Part shown: in pieces, positions 10,485 through 19,326 of the stretch | Layout of the letters: the number at the start of each line of letters is the position of its first letter | How positions within the stretch are numbered: the first letter of the stretch is position 1 | Assembly (NCBI GenBank): GCA_047602405.1 | Contig: JASGHJ010000002.1 | Span: 960,001 to 1,024,000, forward strand | Direction of reading: 5' to 3' | Length of the DNA stretch: 64,000 nt | Source of the DNA: Anaeromyxobacteraceae bacterium | Lineage (GTDB): Bacteria > Myxococcota > Myxococcia > Myxococcales > Anaeromyxobacteraceae | Made by a program: the position numbers and the translations under genes | Notes under the pieces: model-generated | What the model was told of the DNA's origin: nothing | Seen by the model: only the letters and a program-made list of their open reading frames with translations | Databases searched by the model: none

Positions 10485-10964
10485 ATGATCCGCGGCATTC
10501 ACGGCCTGTTCTACTCGACGGACCCGGACGCCACCCGGGCCTTCTTCCGCGACCGGGTGAAGCTGCCCGGGAGCGACATCGGCGAGGGGTGGTGGATCTT
10601 CGACCTCCCCGAGGGCGACCTCGGCGTGCACCCCACCGAGGACCCGGCCGAGGCCGGGACGCACGACGTCTCCTTCTACTGCGACGACATCCACGGCACG
10701 GTCGCCGAGCTCGAGGGGCGCGGCGTCCGCTTCACGAAGCCGGTCGAGGACCACGGCTACGGCCTCGTCACCTACTTCGAGGCGCCGGGCGGGATCACGG
10801 TGCAGCTCTACGAGCCGCGGTACGTGAAGGGCAGGGCGAGGCCCGCCCCGCGGGCCGGGCCCGCCCGTGGCGCCGCCCGGCGAGAGAAGGCGCCCTCGAG
10901 GCCGAGCCCGCGCGCGAAGCCGAAGGCGACGAGGAAGTCGAGGCCGCGCGGCCGCTCCCGGTGA
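10485..10964 (+). CDS. VOC/glyoxalase family protein with basic C-terminal tail
   Basis: SFYCDDIHGTVAELEGRGVRF...YGLVTYFEAPGG; SD aaggaggagg upstream. Confidence 0.85.
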   Translation: MIRGIHGLFYSTDPDATRAFFRDRVKLPGSDIGEGWWIFDLPEGDLGVHPTEDPAEAGTHDVSFYCDDIHGTVAELEGRGVRFTKPVEDHGYGLVTYFEAPGGITVQLYEPRYVKGRARPAPRAGPARGAARREKAPSRPSPRAKPKATRKSRPRGRSR

Positions 10965-11050
10965 CCGCCCCGGTCGCCATCGTCACGGCCGCGAGCGCCG
11001 GCATCGGCGCCGCCTGCGCCCGGGAGCTCGCCCGGCGCGGCATCCGCGCG
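10961..11050 (+). pseudogene. Truncated short-chain dehydrogenase (Rossmann N-terminus only)
   Basis: GTG overlapping upstream stop encodes VTAPVAIVTAASAGIGAACARELARRG, then similarity is lost and the frame stops at 11146. Confidence 0.65.
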
Positions 11051-11201
11051 CCGTCGCGTGAAGGGCGCTCGCGGGGGTATTCACGTGGGGTATGGGTCAC
11101 CTCGACCCCGCGAACCCGTTCAACTCCCTCCAGCGGGAGCCTTTGAGACGGCGTATCGCCACGGGCGAAGCGAGCCCTCGACCGAGGCTGCACTCACCGT
11201 A

Positions 11202-12152
11202 TCACTCCGGTCCGACATCCGCCGCCGGAGCCCGAGCTGGAGCGGTGGGCCCGATCCCTGAAATTTCTCCGGCGATCGCCGGCTCCGGCACCTGGAGCGG
11301 GAGCGCCGCGGCCTGAGCGAGGGCGGAGGCGTGCTCGCGGAGCTCCGTCTCCGCCCTCATCCACGCCGAGGCGGGCACGCGACGGCCGCTCCGCATGAGG
11401 ATGAACAGCCGCGCGTGGTCGGCCTTCGGCCCACCCCACGGCATCCGCCTGCGCTCACGGCGAGCACGGTCGGCGAGGTCGTCCCGCCGGGTCCGGACCT
11501 CGAGCGCCTCGACGTCGTCGAGGGGCCGGGAACTCCCGAAGGTCCGCCGCACTCCGATGCGGCGCCTTCCAGGGTCGACCCAGGTCCACCACCCACGGCC
11601 GGGGGCGAGCAGGAAGAGGAGGAAGCCGACGCCGAGGATCGCGAAGAGGATGAAAGCGTCAAGGCCCGAGGGGAGCGTGATCGCGATTGGCGCCCCACGC
11701 GCGATCGCGGCCCGTAGGTCCGCGGCCCAGTCCCGGCACTCCTCGGGCGCTCCCGACGCGAGGACCACGTTGCCAGCACGCGTCACCGCGACGACGTACG
11801 TCCGCCGTCGCTCCTGCCGGACCTCGACGCGTTCGATGGACGACGTGGCAACGGAGCTCCTCACGCGGTCGCCTCGGGTTGTCGTGCACGCGCCCGCGGG
11901 TGGATCGCACGTCAGCGTGGCCGGCTGAGGGCGCACGAGCACGAGCACGAGCACGACGGGCACGGCGCTCACGATTCCCAAGCGTCGTAGGGTGATCCAC
12001 TCAGGGTAGGAGCGAAGCCCGACGCGCGCCTCGTCTCTCACGAGCTCGAGGGGCGCCGGAAGGCTCCACGACCGCAGCCTGCGCCCGAGACGGAGGCCGA
12101 AAGAAGCGCCCAGACCCTGCAGGACCGCGAGCAGCACGATCCCGCCCACCAC
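11202..12152 (-). CDS. Hypothetical membrane protein (atypical codon usage)
   Basis: 316-aa ORF with 3 hydrophobic segments; more A/T third positions than neighbours. Confidence 0.55.
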   Translation of the reverse strand: MVGGIVLLAVLQGLGASFGLRLGRRLRSWSLPAPLELVRDEARVGLRSYPEWITLRRLGIVSAVPVVLVLVLVRPQPATLTCDPPAGACTTTRGDRVRSSVATSSIERVEVRQERRRTYVVAVTRAGNVVLASGAPEECRDWAADLRAAIARGAPIAITLPSGLDAFILFAILGVGFLLFLLAPGRGWWTWVDPGRRRIGVRRTFGSSRPLDDVEALEVRTRRDDLADRARRERRRMPWGGPKADHARLFILMRSGRRVPASAWMRAETELREHASALAQAAALPLQVPEPAIAGEISGIGPTAPARAPAADVGPE

Positions 12153-12234
12153 CGCGAGCCCCGCCCAGTCGGTTCGCCTGCGCTGGGGGGCCGCGACAGG
12201 CCAGGCTCCCCAGCCCGAACGCCCGGTACCGATC

Positions 12235-12456
12235 CTACAGGAGGGCCTGCGGATCGTCCGGCAGGCTCGCCACCACGAGGAACGCGAGGTCTGGCCCGCC
12301 TCGCGTCCTCGCGTCGCGCGCGATGTTGCCGACCGCCTCGCCCGCGGAGGATTCCACCTGGCCGGTCTCGTCGACGACCCGCCACTCCTTCAGCGTCCAC
12401 GGAGGTTCACCCGCGTTCGCAGTGACCAGGAACGCGAGCGCGAGGCCGAGGCTCAC
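12235..12456 (-). CDS. Short hypothetical secreted protein or gene fragment
   Basis: GTG overlapping stop of upstream hydrolase gives VSLGLALAFLVTANAGEPPWTLKEWRVVDETG...; signal-peptide-like start. Confidence 0.4.
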   Translation of the reverse strand: MSLGLALAFLVTANAGEPPWTLKEWRVVDETGQVESSAGEAVGNIARDARTRGGPDLAFLVVASLPDDPQALL

Positions 12457-13322
12457 TTCAGCCTCCCCTCGAAGAACCGCACCATCACCGGCACGCCCCA
12501 CTCCGACCGCGAGAGGCCGTGATCGTCCCCGGGCACCACCTCGAGCGTCACGTCGCCGCCCGCCTTCCGGACCGCCTCGGCGAGCGCGCGGGCCTGCGCG
12601 ACCGGCACCCGCTCGTCGGCCTCGCCGTGCAGGATCAGCAGCGGCACGCCGGCGAGCCGCCCGGGCCAGCGCAGCGCGGACCGCGCGGCCCACGCGGCCG
12701 GCGCCTCGCTCGGGCCGCCGCCGATCGCGGCGTGCAGGGGCGCGAGCAGCCCCGGGTTCGCGGCGGCGAGCGCCGGGAGGTCGGTCGCGGCGCCCACCGT
12801 GATCGCGGCCTTGAACCGCCGGGGCCCGCGCTCGCCGTCGGCCGCCAGCGCGGCGAGCGTCATCATCCCGCCCCGGTCGACGCCGAGCATGCCGATGCGG
12901 GAGGGATCGACCTCGGGCAGGGACTCGAGGAGCGGCACGAGCGCGAGCACGTCGCGGACGTCCGCGCCGCCGTACCCGTCGCGCCCCTCGCTGCCGCCGA
13001 CGCCCCGGTAGAACGACGCGACGGCGACGTAGCCGTTCTCGGCCCACTCCCACAGGTGATAGGGCTCCGCGTGGCCGACGCCGCCGACCCCGCCGCGGTT
13101 CACGACGAGCGCGGGGTGCTTGCCGGGCGTCCTCGGGAGGCCGAGGTAGCCCTTCACCTTGAGCCCGTCGCTCCAGTACACGACCGCGAGGTAGCGCCCG
13201 AAGGCGTCCTCGGAGTCGGGGATCAGCGACTCGATCTCGCCGTCGCGGTGCGGCGCGGGGGCCGGCGGGGCGGAGGCGCAGGCGAGGAGGGCGGCGCAGG
13301 CAGCGACGGCCACGGTCCTCAC
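12453..13322 (-). CDS. S9-family alpha/beta hydrolase lipoprotein with degenerate nucleophile elbow
   Basis: Lipobox LLAC, NRGG, VDPSRIGMLGVDRGG, LLILHGEADERVP, GDDHGL. Confidence 0.8.
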   Translation of the reverse strand: MRTVAVAACAALLACASAPPAPAPHRDGEIESLIPDSEDAFGRYLAVVYWSDGLKVKGYLGLPRTPGKHPALVVNRGGVGGVGHAEPYHLWEWAENGYVAVASFYRGVGGSEGRDGYGGADVRDVLALVPLLESLPEVDPSRIGMLGVDRGGMMTLAALAADGERGPRRFKAAITVGAATDLPALAAANPGLLAPLHAAIGGGPSEAPAAWAARSALRWPGRLAGVPLLILHGEADERVPVAQARALAEAVRKAGGDVTLEVVPGDDHGLSRSEWGVPVMVRFFEGRLK

Positions 13323-13337
13323 GGCCCACCTCCGCGA

Positions 13338-14333
13338 TCAGGGTCCGTACACGATCGGCTGCCGCGCGAGCACGAAGCGATCGATGGCGTCGATGGCCCA
13401 GCCCGGCAGGTTGTAGAGCTTCACGCCGCAGCCGGTGGGCTGGCGGCCGATGGTGGCGCTCTTCTCGCGCACGAAGGCGACCTCGCCCTCGAGGTCGATG
13501 CGGCGGCCGTCGGCGAGGCCGAGCCGCACCGCGAGGCGGGTGCCGACCGGCGGGGGCATGGCGGTCGCGATGAAGACGCCGCCGGAGTCGATGCGCCGGG
13601 AGACGCCCACGTAGAAGTTGTGCTCGGAGACGAGCGAGACGTTCACCTCGACCCGGGTCGGGAGCGGCCGCTGGCGCGGCTCGTCCACGAGCTCCTCGTC
13701 GATGAGCGCCATGAGGTCGACGCTCGAGGGCTGGGGCGGCGGCCGCCGCAGCGGACCCGAGGGGTCCCCGAGCGGCGGCGCGGGCGGCATGACCGGCGCC
13801 TGCATCGGCTGCTGGGGCACCGGGTACGGGGCGGCGCCGCCGAGCATGTCCGGGACCGGCGCGGGCGGGATCACCACCGTCGAGCGCGCGCCGGGCGGCC
13901 GGCCCACGGCGGGCATGGTCGCGGTCGGGCGCGGTGCGGGCTGCTGCGCGGCCGGCTGGGCGCGCTCGACGACGATCGTCGGGCGCGCCAGCACCTCGGC
14001 GCGGGCGAGCGCCCGCTCGGCGCCGGCGACGAGCGCGAGCGGCTCCACGACCTCGCGCGACGGCGCGACCATGATGACGCGCGTGCCGACCCGGGCAGAG
14101 TTCTGGGCGGTGGTGAGCGCCGGTCCCCAGCTGCCGTCCGGCGTCGCCGGCATGAGCAGCACGATGACGTGCGGCGCGATCACGCGGACGACCGACTCCA
14201 GCTCCGCCGGGCCCGGCAGGCAGAAGATTGCGTGACCCGCACGTTCGAGGTGCAGGTGCAGCGCGATGCTGACGTCGGCGTCCGAGCCCACCACCAGGAC
14301 ACGCGACGCCGGTGCGGCGCCGGCCTGGTTCAC
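13338..14333 (-). CDS. Degenerate receiver + Pro-rich linker + myxobacterial PilZ-like (TIGR02266-type) domain protein
   Basis: RVEVNVSLVSEHNFYVG...IDSGGVFIATAMPPPVGT...EGEVAFVR...GCGVKL. Confidence 0.7.
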   Translation of the reverse strand: MNQAGAAPASRVLVVGSDADVSIALHLHLERAGHAIFCLPGPAELESVVRVIAPHVIVLLMPATPDGSWGPALTTAQNSARVGTRVIMVAPSREVVEPLALVAGAERALARAEVLARPTIVVERAQPAAQQPAPRPTATMPAVGRPPGARSTVVIPPAPVPDMLGGAAPYPVPQQPMQAPVMPPAPPLGDPSGPLRRPPPQPSSVDLMALIDEELVDEPRQRPLPTRVEVNVSLVSEHNFYVGVSRRIDSGGVFIATAMPPPVGTRLAVRLGLADGRRIDLEGEVAFVREKSATIGRQPTGCGVKLYNLPGWAIDAIDRFVLARQPIVYGP

Positions 14334-15442
14334 GCGGGACGGCCCCCCGTCTCCATCATGATCCGGCGCTCGAGGTCGGCGCGGAACGTGGCGTTCGCGA
14401 GCGCGGTGTCGAGGCTGATCTTCTTCGCCTCGTGCAGGCGGTAGAGGAACTGGTCGAAGGAGTGCATGCCGAGGTCGGCCCCGGCGGTCTCCATGTACTG
14501 CTTCAGCTCGGCGATCTTCGAGCCGTCGCGGATGAGCTCGCGGACGGTGCTCGTCGCGAGCAGCGCCTCGACCGCCGGGATGAGCCCGGTCGCGTCGGAG
14601 CGCATGAGGAGCCTGAGCGCGATGACCGCCTGCAGGTTGTCGGCGAGGCGGGCCCGCACGTTGTCCTGCTCCTCGGCCGGGAACAGGCCGACCAGGCGGC
14701 CGACCGCGCGGGGCACGTCGGGCGTGTGCAGGGAGGTGATGACGAGGTGGCCGGTCTCCGCCGCCTTCAGGCAGATGTCCGCCGCTTCCCGGTCGCGGAG
14801 CTCGCCGACCATGATGATGTCGGGGTCCTGGCGGAGGGCCGCGCGCAGGGCGTCGGTGTAGCTCGCGGTGTCGGTGCCGACCTCGCGCTGGATGACGAGC
14901 CCCTTGCCGCCCGCGAAGATGAACTCGATCGGATCCTCGACGGTGACGACGTGCAGCCGCTCCTGCTGGATGACGTGGTTGATGAGGGTGGCGATGGTGG
15001 TCGACTTCCCGTTGCCGGTCGCGCCGGTGACGATGACGAGCCCGCGGCGGGCCTCGGCGATGGTCTGGATGACCGACGGGAGGTTCAGGGTGTCGAAGTC
15101 CGGGATCTGGAAGGGAATGGTCCGCATGACCGCGCCCCAGCTGCCCCGCTGCTTGAAGATGGAGGCGCGGAAGCGCGAGACGCCGGGGATGCTGTAGCTG
15201 CGGTCCACCTCGCGGAAGTCGAGCGGCGTGAAGCCGGCGCCGGGGGACTGGAGGACGAAGTTCGCGATCGCCTCGGTGTCGGCGTGCGAGAGCGGCGGGT
15301 ACTTCGCCGCGAGCAGCTCCCCGAACACCCGGTAGGTCGGCGGGTAGCCGACCTCGAAGTGCACGTCGCTCGCCTGGCGCTTCACGGCGAGCTGCAGGAA
15401 CGACTGGAACATCTCCTCGGAGAGGGGACCCTGACCTTCCAT
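14330..15442 (-). CDS. pilT: PilT/PilU-family type IV pilus retraction ATPase paralog
   Basis: ASDVHF, RFRASIFKQRG, GATGNGKSTT, TVEDPIEF, ALRQDPDIIMVGELRD, AAETGHLVITSLHT. Confidence 0.9.
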   Translation of the reverse strand: MEGQGPLSEEMFQSFLQLAVKRQASDVHFEVGYPPTYRVFGELLAAKYPPLSHADTEAIANFVLQSPGAGFTPLDFREVDRSYSIPGVSRFRASIFKQRGSWGAVMRTIPFQIPDFDTLNLPSVIQTIAEARRGLVIVTGATGNGKSTTIATLINHVIQQERLHVVTVEDPIEFIFAGGKGLVIQREVGTDTASYTDALRAALRQDPDIIMVGELRDREAADICLKAAETGHLVITSLHTPDVPRAVGRLVGLFPAEEQDNVRARLADNLQAVIALRLLMRSDATGLIPAVEALLATSTVRELIRDGSKIAELKQYMETAGADLGMHSFDQFLYRLHEAKKISLDTALANATFRADLERRIMMETGGRPA

Positions 15443-15585
15443 GGTCCGCGAGTCTACCCTGCGCCCGCCCGGCCGGCCACGCGGCGCCCGCGTCCGCTTG
15501 CCCACAAGGTGGGCGGGGATATCGCCCCGCCGGCCGCCGGGCGAGCGTCCGTCGCGCGTCCCGGGGACGGGACCTACCTTTGGAC

Positions 15586-16632
15586 GTGCGGATCGCGCTC
15601 GTCTCGACGCCCTTCGTGCCCGTGCCTCCCCCCGGCTACGGCGGGACGGAGCTCGTGGTGGCGGCCCTGCACCGGGCGCTCCGCGACGCGGGCCACGAGG
15701 TCGTGCTGTTCGCGACCGGCGACTCCCGGGCGCCCGGGCTGTGCTGGGCCTTCGAGAAGGCGATTCGGCCGCCGGAGCCCTGGGCCGAGGTGGTGCACTG
15801 CCGGCGCGCCGCGGAGCTCGCGTCGGCGGGCGGCTTCGACCTCGTCCACGCGCACGCGCCCGCGATGGCCGCGTTCGCCGACCGGCTGCCGTGCCCGCTC
15901 GTCCTCACGCTGCACCACGCGGCGGATCGCGCGCTCGAGCGGCTCTACGCCGACGCGCCGGGCGCGACGCTGGTCGCCATCTCCGAGCGCCAGGCCGAGC
16001 TCGTCGGCGTGCGGGTGGGCGCGGTGGTCCACCACGGGCTCGACCTCTCGCTGTACGGCCCCGCGGGTCAGGGCGGCGACGAGGCCTTCTTCCTCGGGCG
16101 GCTCTCGTGGGCGAAGGGGCCCGACCTCGCGGTCGCCGCCGCGCGGCGGGCGCGGCTCCCGATCGTCCTCGCGGGGAAGGTCCACCCCGAGGACGAGGCG
16201 CCGGCGGGCTGGCTCGAGCGGGCGCTCCTCCCCGCGCTCCGGGCGCCGCACGTGCGGGCCGCGGGCGTCGCGGACCTCGCCGTGAAGCGGCGCGCGTTCG
16301 GGCGCGCGCGGGCCCTCCTCGCGCCGCTGCGCTGGGAGGAGCCGTTCGGGCTCATGCTGATCGAGGCCGGCCTCGCCGGGTGCCCGGTCATCGCGTACCC
16401 GCGCGGCGCCGCCCCCGAGATCGTGGAGGACGGCGTCACCGGCTTCCTCGTCGAGGACGTCGCGTCGATGGCGCTCGCGCTGCGCTGGGCGGCGAAGCTG
16501 GATTGCCGGCACATCCAGGCCCGCGCGCGCGAGCGCTTCTCGGCGGCGCGGATGGCGCGGGACTACCTCGAGGTCTACCGGGCCGCCACCCGCGGCCGCG
16601 CGGAGACGGGATGGACCACGGTCACGCCCTGA
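15586..16632 (+). CDS. Glycosyltransferase family 4
   Basis: VPPPGYGGTE, FATGDS, LGRLSWAKG, WEEPFGLMLIEA...GAAPEIVEDGVTGFLV. Confidence 0.9.
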   Translation: MRIALVSTPFVPVPPPGYGGTELVVAALHRALRDAGHEVVLFATGDSRAPGLCWAFEKAIRPPEPWAEVVHCRRAAELASAGGFDLVHAHAPAMAAFADRLPCPLVLTLHHAADRALERLYADAPGATLVAISERQAELVGVRVGAVVHHGLDLSLYGPAGQGGDEAFFLGRLSWAKGPDLAVAAARRARLPIVLAGKVHPEDEAPAGWLERALLPALRAPHVRAAGVADLAVKRRAFGRARALLAPLRWEEPFGLMLIEAGLAGCPVIAYPRGAAPEIVEDGVTGFLVEDVASMALALRWAAKLDCRHIQARARERFSAARMARDYLEVYRAATRGRAETGWTTVTP

Positions 16633-18869
16633 TCGAGCCGGCCGAGGCGCTCCTCGGCTACGCCGACCCGTCCTCGCAGCCCGAGGCGACCGGCGTGGAT
16701 CGCATCGTGCTGAAGCGCGGGAACCTGTTCCTGGTCGCGAACCGCCTCGGCGACCTCGCGCCGGCCGGAGCGCGCGACCTCGGGCTGTTCCTCTCCGACA
16801 CCCGCCACCTCTCGGCCTGGAAGCTCGAGGTCGAGGGCGGCCCGCCGCTCTGCCTGTCGTCGCAGGTCTCGCCCGAGTACGTCGCCCAGGTGGACCTCAC
16901 GCTCACGAGCCTCCACGCGGGCGATCTCCTCGGCCGGGAGCCGGTGAACTTCGTGCACCTGCGGCGCGACCAGCTCATCGACGACGTCTTCCTCGATTGC
17001 TTCGCGCTCCGGAACTTCCTCTCCCGCCCGGTGGACCTCTGGCTGGAGGTCTCCTGGGCCGCCGACTTCGCCGACGTGTTCGAGATCCGCGGCGCCCGGC
17101 GCGCCCGGCGCGGCGCCCTGCACCGGCCCCTCGTGGAGGGGACCCGCGCCGTGCTGCGCTACGACGGGCTCGACGGCCGACGCTACGCCACCGAGATTGA
17201 CGTCCACGGCGCGAGCCCCGACGGCGGCCCGGCCCGGCTCACCCGCATCGGCGGCGGCGGGGCGCGGATCGAGTTCCACCTCGCCCCGGCGGAGCGGGTG
17301 GAGGTCGCGTTCTCGGTGGCCGCCGGCGTCGAGCGCCCCGCACCCGGGGCGCGGCGCGGTCCCGACGAGGACCGGCCGCTCGCGCGCGGGCCCCGCCGCG
17401 GCTTCGACGCCCTCGCGCGCGAGACCGCCGATGCCCACGCGGCGTGGGCGTCCTCCTGCACGCGCTTCGACGCGGCGCCGGAGGGCTTCGCGACGGCGCT
17501 GCGCCAGGCGGTCGCCGACCTGAAGGCCCTCACCGTCTTCCACTTCGGCGAGCCGGTCGTCTCGGCCGGCATCCCCTGGTACACGTGCCCGTTCGGACGG
17601 GACGCGCTCCTCACCGGCTACGAGGCGCTCCTCGCCACGCCCGACGTCGCCCGCGACGCGCTCCGGTTCCTCGCGCGACAGCAGGGCACGCGCGACGATC
17701 CGGCGCGCGACGAGGAGCCCGGGAAGATCCCGCACGAGCTGCGCTTCGGCGAGATGGCGGGCGCGGGCGAGATCCCGCACGCGCCGTACTACGGCTCGGC
17801 CGACGCCACGCCGCTCTTCCTCGTGCTCCTCCACGAGTACCTGCTCTGGACCGGCGACGCCGCGACGGTGGACGCGCTCTTCCCCGCCGCGGAGCGGGCG
17901 CTCGCGTGGCTCGACCGGTACGCCGATCTCGACGGCGACGGCCTCATGGAGTACGCGCGCCGGACCCCCTCGGGCCTGCGCAACCAGGGCTGGAAGGACA
18001 GCCACGACGGCGTGCCGTTCGCCGACGGCGTGTCCGCGGAGCCGCCCATCGCGCTCGTCGAGGTGCAGGGCTACGCGGTGGACGCCCGCCGGCGGATGGC
18101 GGCCCTGCTCCGGCAGCGCGGCCGGACGGCCGAGGCCGACCTCACGCTGGCGCGCGCCGAGGCCCAGGCGCAGGCGATCGAGGCCCGCCTCTGGATGGAG
18201 CAGCGCGGCACCTACGCGATCGCGCTCGACCGCGACAAGCGCCAGGTCGACGCCGTGACCTCGAACCCCGGGCACCTGCTCTTCTCGCGGGTGCCGGGCG
18301 CCGAGCGCGCCGCGCGGGTGGCGGCCTCGCTCCTCGGGCCCGGGATGTGGAGCGGGTGGGGGATCCGCACGCTCGCCGCCGGGCAGCGCGCGTTCAACCC
18401 GCTCAGCTACCACGACGGCACGGTCTGGCCGCACGACAACGCGATCGCCGCCATGGGCCTCGCGAGCTACGGCCGGACCCTCGACGCGGGCACCATCGCG
18501 ACCGGGCTGTGGGACGCTGCGCGGCACTTCCGCCTGCTCCGGCTGCCCGAGCTCTTCTGCGGGCTGTCGCGCGAGGAGGGGCGCTTCCCGGTGCACTACC
18601 CGGTCGCCTGCTCGCCGCAGGCCTGGTCGAGCGCGGCGTGGTTCCTCCTCGCCCGCGCGTTCCTCGGGCTCTTCCCGGACGCGCCCGCGGGCGTGCTCCG
18701 GGTCGCCGAGCCGCGGCTGCCGCCGTGGCTCGACCACCTCACCCTGGCCGGGCTCCGGGTGGGTCAGGCGCGCGCCACCCTCCGGTTCGAGCGGCGGTCC
18801 CGCGGCGTGACCTCGGCGGAGGTGGTGGAGCTCGAGGGCGGGCCGCTCCGGGTGCGGATCGAGGTCTGA
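16611..18869 (+). CDS. Amylo-alpha-1,6-glucosidase (glycogen debranching enzyme-like)
   Basis: DTRHLS, ADFADVFEIRG, AGIPWYTCPFGRDAL, EEPGKIPHELR, NQGWKDS, SYHDGTVWPHDN, YPVACSPQAW. Confidence 0.92.
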   Translation: MDHGHALIEPAEALLGYADPSSQPEATGVDRIVLKRGNLFLVANRLGDLAPAGARDLGLFLSDTRHLSAWKLEVEGGPPLCLSSQVSPEYVAQVDLTLTSLHAGDLLGREPVNFVHLRRDQLIDDVFLDCFALRNFLSRPVDLWLEVSWAADFADVFEIRGARRARRGALHRPLVEGTRAVLRYDGLDGRRYATEIDVHGASPDGGPARLTRIGGGGARIEFHLAPAERVEVAFSVAAGVERPAPGARRGPDEDRPLARGPRRGFDALARETADAHAAWASSCTRFDAAPEGFATALRQAVADLKALTVFHFGEPVVSAGIPWYTCPFGRDALLTGYEALLATPDVARDALRFLARQQGTRDDPARDEEPGKIPHELRFGEMAGAGEIPHAPYYGSADATPLFLVLLHEYLLWTGDAATVDALFPAAERALAWLDRYADLDGDGLMEYARRTPSGLRNQGWKDSHDGVPFADGVSAEPPIALVEVQGYAVDARRRMAALLRQRGRTAEADLTLARAEAQAQAIEARLWMEQRGTYAIALDRDKRQVDAVTSNPGHLLFSRVPGAERAARVAASLLGPGMWSGWGIRTLAAGQRAFNPLSYHDGTVWPHDNAIAAMGLASYGRTLDAGTIATGLWDAARHFRLLRLPELFCGLSREEGRFPVHYPVACSPQAWSSAAWFLLARAFLGLFPDAPAGVLRVAEPRLPPWLDHLTLAGLRVGQARATLRFERRSRGVTSAEVVELEGGPLRVRIEV

Positions 18870-18900
18870 GCCCGTACCTGCTCCGCTTCGCTTCGCAGGG

Positions 18901-18937
18901 AAAAAAAGCGAAAGGCCGCGGCGAGTGCACGCGGCCT
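18901..18937 (-). terminator. Rho-independent terminator on minus strand
   Basis: Stem aggccgcg 18913-18920 / cgcggcct 18930-18937 followed on minus strand by ttcgc then T7 (A7 at 18901-18907). Confidence 0.8.
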
Positions 18938-19137
18938 CTCTAGCTCTTGGGACGCTCTCGCGTCTGCTGCTTTACTCTCCGCAGACCGCCGACATCCGTG
19001 ACGGTTTCTGCAGTGGTGGGAGTCGAGCGACCGGCCTCATCTCGACTTGGACGTACTACGGGAGGTGGCCCTGCGGTTCGAGCGCTTTGGTAGGTGCTTC
19101 GTCTGCAGGGTCCTGGTCCGGCCTCCGGCGGGACTCG
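18901..19137 (-). ncRNA. Candidate ~235-nt structured small RNA
   Basis: Lower-GC intergenic stretch with three hairpins (18979-19013, 19021-19047, 19068-19111) between a sigma54-like promoter and a terminator; no convincing ORF. Confidence 0.55.
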
Positions 19138-19148
19138 GAGACACTCAT

Positions 19149-19165
19149 TTCAAGTGGCGTGCCGA
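19149..19165 (-). promoter_or_regulatory. Sigma54-like promoter (TCGGCACGCCACTTGAA on minus strand)
   Basis: GG-N10-GA with GGCACG and TTG matching the TGGCACG-N4-TTGC consensus except at -12. Confidence 0.55.
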
Positions 19166-19326
19166 AGCCATCTCCACTCCGCGTTCTAGCAAGAACGAGG
19201 GGTTACATCGGCCCCCTTCGTGAGATGGGCTGTAAGCAAGAGGGTCGAGGCACACCAGCGGGTGTCACCCGACCCTCCAGGCTGTGCAGAAGATGACCCT
19301 GGCTGTCGCCCGGGTTACCTAGGGGC

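Noticed and set aside
7071..10754. Long antisense or alternate-frame ORFs (also 41273-45982, 48593-53260 outside the dnaK part, 49926-53537, 23779-27147)
   Set aside because: Shadow ORFs from stop-codon scarcity at very high GC; Arg/Gly/Pro-rich and overlapping well-supported genes.
18925..19296. 123-aa ORF in the intergenic gap, or identity with 6S, tmRNA, SRP or RNase P RNA
   Set aside because: Atypical codons, and promoter and terminator point to the opposite strand; no hallmark motifs of those housekeeping RNAs seen.
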